From Marsupella aquatica (Eukaryota > Plantae > Marchantiophyta): DNA of 64,000 bases. Both the position numbers and the translations under genes were made by a program. Positions 41,263-51,723 of this stretch are shown here, one piece after another (position 1 is the stretch's first letter; each line of letters begins with the position of its first letter). The DNA is taken from the NCBI GenBank assembly GCA_973895155.1, contig OZ316894.1, forward strand, positions 20,280,451 to 20,344,450, read 5' to 3'. The notes below the pieces were generated by a model. That model was not told the origin of the DNA. It made no database searches and was given only the letters and a program-made list of their open reading frames with translations.

Positions 41263-42524
41263 TTAGTTGCTCGAGCGAGTGATTCCAATCGAGGAATTAG
41301 AAGTTGAAGATGTCGCACTGGCAGATGTCGTAGATACTTGCGATGTGGAGGCGGATTTAGAATGGCCCCCAGCTTTTCGATTGTCTAGATCGCTGATGGA
41401 GATCTGCGGGACCGAACAGAACACAGGAGTAGGCTTTGACGCAGGGATCGAAGGGACTGGCACATCTCCAGTGAGGATCTGGACAACACGTCTCATCGCA
41501 GGGCGAGCGTGCGGGTCGGGGTGAGTGCACAGCAATCCAACCATCAACACCACTTGCACCCAATACTCTTCGTACTCGTTGTGAAGTCGTCTGTCCACCG
41601 CGCTCAACAGATCGCCCTCACTTACAGCATGCCATACGAAATCAACGAGGCCCATTTTATCGGGATAAGCTGCGTGTACTTTCCGTCCACATGCGACCTC
41701 GAGGGCCACGACACCAAAACCGAACACATCTGCTTTCTCCGTGAACCTGCCCTCAGCGATCACCTCTGGAGCCAGATAGCCCATGGTTCCAGCGACATTT
41801 GTGGTAGCTGCCAGCCTGTGATGCTCGACCAGACGAGCGAGGCCTAAATCGGCAATTTTAGGAGTCCAATCTTGGGACAAAAGAATATTGCTTAACTTGA
41901 CGTCTCTATGAATGACTTGCTGGTTCCATCCTTGGTGTAGGTATTCGAGGCCCGCTGCAGTGCCGGTCAAAATGTAGAGCCTCTGTGGCCAAGACAGAGA
42001 GGTCGTTTCCTTTTCGTCTCGCCTGAATAGGGCTTGTTCCAGACTGCCGTGGGGCATCAGCTCATACACGAGGAGGTATTTCTTCTTGGCCGCATCGTCA
42101 CACCAGCCGAGGAGTTGGATCAGATTCCGATGTCTGAGCCTGTTGATGATGGAAACCTCGGCCATGAACTCCTTCACACCCTGCTTCTGTGCGTAACCAT
42201 CCATCTTTTTGACTGCCACTTGAAGGCCGGATGACGGCAGCACTCCGGCATATACACTCCCAAACCCTCCTTGCCCTAGTTTTGAGTCCTCGGCAAAGCC
42301 TCCGGTGGCCGCCTTCAGCTGCCTGTAGGTGAATTTCCGAGCCATTCCGTCCAGTGGTATTGTCAGATCTTCAGTAGCTTTGAATGGTTGCGGCCTCTTC
42401 TTCTCCGACTGACCAGCCCTGAATGGTCTCCACCAGAACCTCTTCGCGGAATGATGATCATCTCCTTCCTGTTCTGTTTCGCCATAGTCAGGTGGGGAAG
42501 GACCTAATTTACAGTTGGAGGCAT
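41263..42524 (-). CDS. Terminal exon: RLK/Pelle kinase domain of the L-type lectin RLK type
   Basis: FTYRQLKAAT, LGQGGFGSVY, VAVKK, EFMAEVSIINRLRHRNLIQLLGWC, HRDVKLSNILL, DLGLARL, GTMGYLAPE, DVFGFGVVALEVACGR, GLLCTHPDP..RP.MR. Intronless, as in LecRKs. Confidence 0.93.
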
Positions 42525-45500
42525 CTGCTGCACACAAAAACAACGACTAATTCAACACACATCACACAGAAATGTTATAGCTCCACCTTTTTTCAGGAGA
42601 AGGCGTTCAGGTTTTGAACTGAAATTTGAACATTGGGGCAACTATCACTACAAATATCACATCCATCTTTCATGAATTGCTGTGATTAGTGAAGGGTTAT
42701 AAGTTTGAAGGCCACTGCACAAAGAATGTGTAATTCTCAAATCACTTTCGGATGTTAACAACCTTCTTCTTGATTTCTTTCCTTCATTTCGTCATTACCA
42801 GACTTGGCAGTGCCAGTAAGAATTTCAGAAGGAGGTCTTGTTGGTACAGAGGCGGCAGTGTCGCTAAGAACTTCAGAAGGAGGTCTTATTGGTACAGAGG
42901 TGGCAGTGTCGCTAAGAACTTCAGAAGGAGGTCTTGTTGGTACAGAGGTGGCAGTGTCGCTAAGAAATTCAGAAGGAGGTCTTGTAGGTGGAAAGGAAAC
43001 TCCGTCACCTGCATAGAAATGAGCAGAACACGGTTGATTGTGCTCTTCCTCCCAAATGTCACGAGAGTACAGGTTCTAAATAATCAAACAATGTCATTAA
43101 CAAGCATATCAAAATGCCTAGATTATTTCAAATACGTTACTTACCATTAGTCCAGATGCTCTCTCCCTCACAAACCTCTATAGGTTCAGTATTACATGGT
43201 GCTTCTTGAGTTCCACTTGATGAGTTTTCTCGTTCCGTATCCTGAACAAGTTCTGTTTCATTGTTCGGATGACCCTGACTAGGACCTATTATTCCTTTGC
43301 TGGATCTCCACGCCTGTTGTATCCGAGTGGCTGCTAATGAACGCCAGACCACTGAGACATATCTTACTGCGCCTTGCACGAAAGGAGATCTAAAAGCAAA
43401 CTTGAATTGAGTTGTGATGTTCGTTAGTGCCTGGAAGTCGAGAGAGAACGCCTGCACGGTGGTGAGGCATGTTACTGTTCTACTTGATGATGGAAAGCTC
43501 CCATGAGGATCCATCTTCTTTAAAGTGCTTACACCGACTCTATCCGTGCACCAATCGAGCAACTCTTCTCCACAATAGTCTCCCTCCTTAAGATGCAAAG
43601 GACTCTCATCTTCTCCAAGGTATTCTAACTTTCCACGGATAATAAAGAGGAGATGCATAACTGGCTTGTCCTTCAGAAGGACCTCACTGCTCTTTGTATA
43701 CCGCTTCCATGATAGGTGCTCGCAAATGGCTTCGAGGATGTGACCTTCCAGCAAGTCAAAGATTGGCACCTTCTTGAGCATGTCTACATGAGACACTGCA
43801 AAGGAAAAACTGAAGTTAGGCAGGCGAATCAGTCCAACCCAGTCCAAAGACCCCCTGAGGGTATGTTGGACGGAAACTTGAAGAAACAGCAATCAAAGAA
43901 GGTAAGTGTGGGAGCAACAACATTGATCTCCGGGAGAGGGGTATATGGGAAGTCTATCTTCGACAAAGCACACAATTTCTAATCCCGAGATCATCCAATA
44001 CCTGAACGATCGCCAGGATTCTTGAATATTCCCCAACTGGTCTTCTTCCATTCTTGATAGCCACCGGGCTTGACTGGTTGGGGCCGGATCTTCTTCCCCG
44101 AATGACTGTCAATCTCCTGATCTATTCTATCGTCGAAGTTAGATGTAGACGGAATTGGTATGGAGCTGGTCGTGTCTGCACACACAATATAGAGATTGGA
44201 TGGGCAAATCAACTCAAAAGCTCAGAATTGAAAACAATAAAAAAAATTAGCAACACTTAAATATTCATCTAGAGGAATGTATAGTGATCGTGAACTTCAT
44301 TTTCAGATACATCAAACGGGTACAACTCGCAATTTCATCTCTTCATAGGTTTGTTGTGATGAGTTCAGTCGAGGTACAGCTGTAAGACCGGGGCACAATG
44401 GAATGAGCTAATTCTTGCATGAGTCCATTGCAATGTCCTTTTGAATAATTCAAACCAACCTTGTTCTTCAGGGCGCACATATGGTTCTATCAATACAGTC
44501 TCGTCAGGACTTGGAGATAGAAGCTTGGGAATACCGCTTAATTCTTCCGAAAGCGCTGTTGCTTCTGGACTGTTCAAATGAACGCCTGCATCGAAATGTT
44601 TTAACAACACAAAATTCATAGCCATTGATAACGCTTGAAATCGAACAAAAGCCAATCCAACATCAAATTGAACTCAGTATTGGACTTTCTAAGCCAAGAA
44701 GTGGCTGTGTTTATGAAAGCCCGGAAAAATGTTTGAACTACAGGTTCGAAATTAGTCTAAAACCACCTGTTTGTGAACAAACGTGGCAATGCCTGTAATT
44801 CCACGGAATGACTCACCGTGCTCCTCGGTGTTGTCATTCTTATCAGTAGATTCAACTTTCTTCCCCTGGAACGCTAAATTTTTCCACCATTTTTTCTTCC
44901 CTATTGGGTTCTCACCCTCCCCAGGTGTACTGCCAAGGTCGGATGTCAAAGATACAGGTAATGGGATGGTGACGTCTGCAGATAATCGTAACACCAGCAA
45001 TATATGACATTGTCAGTCACGATGGGGTACAAATGACTCACGTGCTCCTCATTCAATATATACAATTCAGCATTGTTTCTAACTTCATTTTAGAAATTGG
45101 TTTTCGGTTTGCTAGCTCGAAGAAATCTAATAACCAACCTTCTTCCACCTCATCCTCTCCAAGCAGAGGTGACGTAAGGCTGGCAGCGTTGTAAAAAGGG
45201 GATTTTGTTCCACGATTGTCTCCTGCAAAAATATTTGTACAATATTGGAATGACACCAATTTTCTAGCGAGTTATATATCGAACGATGGCTGAGATACAC
45301 TGTAGGACCGTGAAGTTCCACACAAAGATGGATTATATCAAGACGGATTACTGTATTGTACTTAATTATGGAGAGAGCAGACCTCGCACAACACTCGAAG
45401 CACTTGAATTACCATATATTACATTCAGCAAGCACCCAAGATGGCCTAAATTATCTTGAAGAGTGACTCACCGTTCTTCCGTATCTTCCCTATCTTTTCA

Positions 45501-48500
45501 GTCCATTTGATTAATTTATTCCCAGACTGATCACCATCTGACTTGAATGGTTGCCACCAAGTCTTCTTCCCTGTCTGATTGCCATCCTCCGTTTGCATTT
45601 TAGCGGAGTTAGATCTAGAGGGAGCTGGTGTGGCTTTAAGGGTATCTGTGGGCAATACCAACAATAACCAAAAACTAGTTAGTGAAGATATTGGGGTGCC
45701 TGTACATATTAGCTCATGAGCGGAAATTTTGAGCTCAAACGAGAAACAAATCATTCACCAATAGCGGCTCAATCTGTCATGAACGCAGATTCTGACAGAG
45801 CTAAAACTGAGAGAGCCCTGCATTCTGTTAAATTGTTGTGGTTTCAATTTAAGGTAGAGTGAATCCAAGATCGAGTGTTGTTAAATTGGATGAGATAGCC
45901 CTAGATCAATTTTTTTAGCCGACCTTCTTCGATGGGTGCGTCCATTTTCGGCATTTCGTCCGCATCAGGCAGTGGTGCTGAAGAGTTGAGAGCGTCAGTA
46001 ACGTCTTCAGAAGTGGGTACATTTTGTAAGTCGGAAACTTTGTCATCTGCATAAATAGAAATACAACAAATGAAGAAGTGTAAGGCGAGATTTCAAAGTA
46101 GGGGCTGAAAGTTCATTTACATTTAAAGGTCAACCGATCACTTGCAACCACTGGCATTAACGGGCATACTGAAGCTTCAAACCCTTAGGAGAATATCTGA
46201 CCGTGATCCTCCTTATTCTGAGTCGAATCGTCTAACTTGGAAGAAGCATCAGTAGATGGTGCTCCCCCAATTTTTTCTTTCTTCGATGTCCGAGTCTTTT
46301 GTGTAGTGGTGGCTGCTAATGACCACCCGTATTGTGAGAAATACCGAATGGTCCCTTGTACAAGAGAAGATGCAAACGAGGCTTTGTACTCTGTCGTAAT
46401 GTATTCTATTGCCTCTGCGTCGAGACAGTAAGCCTCGACCGGGGTCATACACACGACTGTTCTACGTGATAGTTGATGCTCCCCTGGGTGACTTTTATTT
46501 AACGTGATGGCACCCGCAGTATCAGTGCAACGAAACAACGCTTCTTCTCCACAAAAGTCCCCTTCCTTCAGTCTCGACACACTCCCATTCTCCCCACGGC
46601 ATTCCAAATTTCCACGAACGATAAAGAGCATGTGCTCTATAGGCTCCTTCTGGCGGAAGACCTCACTAGTTTCTGAGTATTGGTCCAAAGAGAGCCGGCT
46701 GCAAACAGCGCTGAGGACATGTTCTTCCAGCAGCTCAAAAATTGGAAGCCTTTTGAAAAAATCCATCACTGCGGCAGAGGAAGCGCGAATTAGGAGGCCA
46801 CCCAGTCCTACGTATCTACTGTTCCAAGTCTTCAGGGTGCAAGTCGCTTGATGAGTGGGATGAGGGAGTGGCAAGTGGACACAAAAAATGGCTATGGTAT
46901 AAAAGTAGCAAACTCAAGGAAGATGTCTACCGGCATTCCTTGCATGACTTGCTGATCACCAAGTAGTCCTTAAAAGTACATGAAACGATCGTTTGACAAA
47001 GAACCAACCTTTTTTCTCCTCACGAACTGGACTTGTACTGGTGGGGGAGCTGTAGTATCCTGAAGAACGAGGAGTTCTCCCACTGAAAACATCGAAAGCT
47101 GCATAAAAGTGAACATCGTCATTGTCAGATCACTACTGTGAACCAATGCTTGACATCTTCAAGCGTGATCTCTAATCTACAATCCAGGGTATGTTCAGTC
47201 TACAATAATCTGCATTCATCGTCTTTTTCCAAGTGATCCTATTGTGTAATTACAGCACTCTCGTGTCTTGAAGTGGGGTTTGCAACGATTAGCTTTGATT
47301 AGCGACGGAGATATACTGCAATGTTAGAATTGATAAAGAAAGGAATTCATGTAGTCGCCTGGATCAACATCGTCATTCTTTCAGTTCACTCAAAAACTGA
47401 AGAGATTTAAATAAACAAAAAACGAAGACGTAGTACTTAGCCATCTCGCTTAACCAGCCAGGTATATAATCGCTTGCGCCATAGTTGACGATGCAGAAAG
47501 TTTCTGATCCAAGAGAGCCTAATACCTGTCTGATCGAGTCTGATACCCGGTTTGAATAATGTCGTCAGGATCTTCTTCACTTTCTGATCCCCACCAGTCT
47601 TGAATGGTCGCCACCGGCTCTTCGTTACTGAATAATCGTCAATCTCAGATCGCTGTATTTTGGCAGAATCATTTGTAGTAGAATTTGGCGTGGACTGTTC
47701 CCCATCTACACATAATTAACAAGAAACTATTTTACGGCAACAGTCCAAGAAAAATCGTCGTTCGAGAGGGGTGGACACGCGGGCACGAGCTAGTCGTAAT
47801 AAGAGTTCTTCACATTCAGCCTTTCCGAATTTTTGGAACAAAATATATGAAGCCTCTCTTGAAATCCGAACAAGATTTCCATGTGCAACTATCAATCTGC
47901 TTTCCACATTTTAAGCAGTACACCATTTCTAAGTGTTTCACAGGAAATCGGAGCGAGCTCAACAGCGCTTTCAAAGGAGAGATACTGACAGACCTTTTTC
48001 TTCAATGGCCACAATTGCTTTCATGTCTGCGTTCTCATCGGGCAATGAGAATGCAGAGCTGGAAGGTTCATAGCTAGGCTCTCCATTTCCAATTCCAATT
48101 GATGAGTTTTCCTGCTCTGCTGCATCCTCATCTAATATAAGTTTTTCCCCCAATCTTGGGCGCTCCCAGGTGGACTCTTCGGATTTGACATTATAATAAT
48201 AATTTTGTCCTGTCACCCGATGTAAACAGTGAAAATTCTCTTAAATGTTGCGAAGTTCACAACTGCCGACTGGCAGTAGTCTCAACCGAACCATGGTCAA
48301 GAGAAGAAATTCCAAAGGGAACAGCTTCAAAGAGAAGATAAGAATTGGACAACAGTATTCAGGTAGCACGTTAACACGAACTATCATTCAAAGATCACGT
48401 TTCTTACCTGTTGCAGGGTCGAATATTTCTTTCCATTCAGGAGGCAGCGGTCGCAAAGCTGGTGGGGGTCGAGGGGGTGGAGGAAACGCGCGCAACAACG

Positions 48501-50076
48501 ACTCTTGTCGCAAAAGTCCGTCACCTGATATGCTCGCTTCTCTGTCATCGTAATCTGCATGAAATTGAAAGACTGAACTGTGCAGTGATCCTGATGGTCT
48601 CTCTTCTGTGTCCATGGAAGTGTTTCGGAAATCTGCGGTAAGGAGAGTTGTTATTGCACTGTTGTAGTCGTACAATGCTTTAAAATGAACGAACGAACAT
48701 TGTAATGGGGTTGCAATCCTGAAGTTCACAATACGTGGGAGAACCAAAAATTTGCGGAAAATGAAGAAAACTTCGTGTATTCAAACGAGTATTTAAAGAG
48801 CGGATCAGAATCTTCCTAGAGTAAAGTAGCACACAAGTTGAGCAGGAAAGAGCGAGACTAAGCACAGTATGAGAGCCCCAATAATCTAAGGCAAAACTCC
48901 TCAACCGTACATTATTGGCTATGTGTTCCTAAGATATGGTTCTAATTGCCTGGACTAAAACCATGGCTGTGATTATGAAGGAGAACGTGGTGTCACCCTT
49001 CGGCTAATTTTAATCCCTAAAAGCAAGGTCGATAGTCCAACAAAAAGCCTTCCAAATGTCTGTCTCCGTAGCGTACCAAGTATTGAAGTCAATGGGCGCG
49101 CAAAGAATGACTGACCAGCTTTCCTGACGAACTGTTCCTGTTCAATCGATTTGTACACGAGCATAGAACATGGTGTCGTGTTGACGCTGACTGCATCGTC
49201 AAAGCTCATGCTAGATGTTTTTGTTACAGCGCCAGACACACCATATTCTGCGAGAACGCATGATCACATGAATGGATTTCAGTGGAATTCATCAAGGCAA
49301 AGGAACACGAGTGGGAGACCGAACATGTTCAGCTCGGTATATATATAAGTTCCTTTGACAAGTATGGAGCTGAATTTATCAACGTGTAAATGTATCCGTC
49401 GGTGGAGGGAAAACAAAAGATTCTGAGACTGGTTACCTTCTCCCTTTTCATGATCGTCGAGGCCTACATCCATTTGCATCGATTCGGCCGAGTCAGTAGA
49501 CAATGTTCTTGCTCTTAGCCAGTCTCGTATCGACCAATGGCTGAAATCTGGTACGGATTCGTCCTCAGTCGGCAATGTTATTACTGTCGGCCACTGGTGT
49601 CTCGACGACTGGCTGAAATCTGGAATCGATTCGTTCTCAGTCGGCAATGTGATTGCTTTTGGCCACTGGTGTATAGACCAATGGCTGAAATCTGGAACCG
49701 ATTCCTCATCAGTCGGCGATGCGAGAGGCGATATTATTCCCCTTGGCCATTCGTGTCTTGACCAATGGCTGAAATCTGGAATCAGGAAGTTTCAACAGAC
49801 AGCCCAGCTCAAATCGAGGCTCACATATGACTCTAGTTATCGTGTATGCTGATGGACCTGTCTTCAGTGACGACGTTTCCCCGAGAAACTATTCTAAGAA
49901 GTCACACTTCATTTCACTACAATGACATTCAGGTCGCTCATAAGCCTTCATTATGACCAGGCCTCAGTACCCTTTTACTGAATGATCAATACCAGGTGAT
50001 ACCGCAATCTTACAACTTCAGTTACAAACATACCTCCTTCGTCTTCTTCGTATCGGACGAGTACAGAAGTGCTCAT
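41263..50076 (-). CDS. Mosaic WW - CNBD - CNBD/IQ - Ser/Thr kinase protein, ~1596 aa; 17 coding exons: 50076-50034, 49775-49437, 49247-49116, 48632-48408, 48209-47994, 47705-47526, 47098-47009, 46768-46202, 46046-45924, 45645-45472, 45222-45139, 44975-44817, 44585-44460, 44175-44002, 43795-43145, 43008-42763, 42524-41263
   Basis: Every intron is GT-AG and phase 1, and every internal exon is a multiple of 3 with no stop. The joined CDS is 4791 nt. The ATG at 50076 has an in-frame TAA two codons upstream. The first three exons are less certain than the rest (alternative ATG at 48615). Confidence 0.78.
42805..42986 (-). repeat. 48-bp coding tandem repeat (PTRPPSEVLSDTATSV) x~3.7
   Basis: TTGGTACAGAGG recurs at 42841, 42889 and 42937, in frame within exon 43008-42763. 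Confidence 0.9.
43145..43795 (-). CDS. Exon encoding a CNGC-type cyclic nucleotide-binding domain 2 plus IQ motif
   Basis: KKVPIFDLLEGHILEAICEHL, LFIIRGKLE, LKEGDYCGEELLDWC, SSSRTVTCLTTVQAFSL and RYVSVVWRSLAATRIQQAWR match the plant CNGC C-terminus. Confidence 0.9.
46202..46768 (-). CDS. Exon encoding a CNGC-type cyclic nucleotide-binding domain 1 (IQ degenerate)
   Basis: KRLPIFELLEEHVLSAVCSRL, MLFIVRGNLE, LKEGDFCGEEAL, SRRTVVCMTPVEAYCL, RYFSQYGWSLAATTTQ. Confidence 0.9.
48157..48447 (-). other. WW domain split by a phase-1 intron, preceded by a polyproline tract
   Basis: Splicing 48408 to 48209 gives LPPEWKEIFDPATG-QNYYYNVKSEESTWERP, a canonical WW consensus. PPPPRPPP lies immediately upstream. 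Confidence 0.9.
49520..49782 (-). repeat. 72-84 bp coding repeat (PDFSHWSxHQWPxxITLPTExES) x~3.5
   Basis: TGGCTGAAATCTGG recurs four times on the + strand. The minus frame is open. Confidence 0.85.
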
Positions 50077-51554
50077 AAGTTATTTCTAATGAGTGGTAAA
50101 GTAGACTTTTCATCAAGTTGGCCGTCCGAGTTTCACGTCAAATAACATAAAGTGAAGTCCAATCGATCGACTGTAGCTGTTGTGCACGTCAGACGATAAT
50201 CCTGTCGAATGGACAACAAATTCTCGTGAGTCCGAACTGGTATTTTGTTCCCGATTTTGTTTCCAATTCTGGAAGCAAAAGGCATATATGTACTCGAATT
50301 ATCGTCCTGATCAAATGTCCAGAGCCAGGAAACCAGGCAGGAGGAAACTCTCTTGAGCAAAACGCTTAAGGGCCGGAATGGTATGACCAGTCCACCGAGG
50401 TTGTTACTTTTCTCATGAATTGTGACCGTAAGTATGACCGTACTGCATTAGTCTCGAATTAAGAAGAAGTCTCTAGTTGTTTTTTACATTCGCTAGCTAG
50501 GACCTACCCTCGTGGCAGCGCAGTGCAGTTGCAGGCAATCTATCGTCAGTCGATTTGTTCCAACTCGAAACCCCTCCATATGTGTAATTTCAACAACGAA
50601 AGGTGTCCATGCATATCCATTCCCGGCCATCAGATTGACTAGATGGTATACGTACAGCTGCAACAATCGAGGATGTGTGTGGCTATACACAAACAAGGAA
50701 AGACGACAGCTCTGCCTGAAATCCTACCTGGAATCCTGCCTGGAAACCTTGATCGTTAATGTAGAACGGCGTTTATATCAATATCTTACCTGTGCTTGAT
50801 GTCAATTGGTAAAGTTTGGCTCCTCTCACAGTGCACCAACCCTACGTACGTTGCTGTCGTGCCAAGCTCCTCGATCTCTACATATAACTGATGGATACCG
50901 TAGAGGCTAGTCGCCTTCCCCTGCTCATGCCATCATGGATTCAACGAGAACCTTGCACGAGTTTATCTCCAGGTGGAGCTTCCGAAGGCCGGGCTTTATC
51001 TTCCTGTCGTACTTGCTGAGAAGCTCAGTCAAGGACGGGACCGAAAAAGCCAATTTTTTAATTTCCGGCCAATGCATGTAAAAATCTTCTCAGCTGGCAC
51101 TGCGACTGGGCAATCTTCTCGATCAATCGACGGGATAACAGAGTATAACGAGGATTTACCCCTGACCAGCCAAGATGCTACTTCTGTTTTGCCTCATCTG
51201 AAAATGCAAGTGAGTGCTAAGTCAAGACCACTTGACAGCATTGACCAACTCCGCTTTCGTCCAAAGTTATGCCTAGGCATGAAACGGTCTATTTGTTCAG
51301 GAGTGTACAGGCTCTGTTGTGAGTGCAACCTCCTTCAGTGAAATCTAAATCGCTGAATCTCCGGAGGCAAAGTACTGTATTAATCCTTCAAATTCGCCTG
51401 AGTTGCCTACTTTCCGGCAGAGTGGACAAAACAAAAACTGTCATTCATCACCGTGATTGAAATCAATAATGAGGTTCTGTCCAGTTCTCCAAAGCGGAGG
51501 AACACGCAATAAAATAATTGCAGTCATCATCTCTTTATCGATCTGAGAAATTAA

Positions 51555-51723
51555 TGGACTAGTACTGTAGCTCGAAACTTGGGATAATCAGATTTCAGAT
51601 TTCAGATTCCTGGACTAGTACTGTAGCTCGAAACTTGGGATAATCAGATTTCAGATTTCAGATTCCTGGACTAGTACTGTAGCTCGAAACTTGGGATAAT
51701 CAGATTTCAGATTTCAGATTCCT
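51555..51723. repeat. Perfect 56-bp tandem repeat x3
   Basis: GGACTAGTACTGTAGCTCGAAACTTGGGATAATCAGATTTCAGATTTCAGATTCCT at 51556, 51612 and 51668. Confidence 0.95.

Noticed and set aside
41263-42543. Ordinary L-type lectin receptor kinase
   Set aside because: No signal peptide, lectin domain or TM precedes the kinase. The listed ORF start is a TTG inside a splice acceptor tract.
42805-42986. Regularly spaced repeats resembling a CRISPR array (also 51555-51723 and 3415-3925)
   Set aside because: Units are contiguous with no unique spacers, there are no cas genes and the context is eukaryotic. The 48-bp unit is an in-frame coding repeat.
43137-46874. Two stand-alone CNGC channel genes or pseudogenes
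   Set aside because: No TM or pore exons lie upstream. Both CNBD exons are stop-free and bounded by phase-1 splice sites that join the kinase frame.
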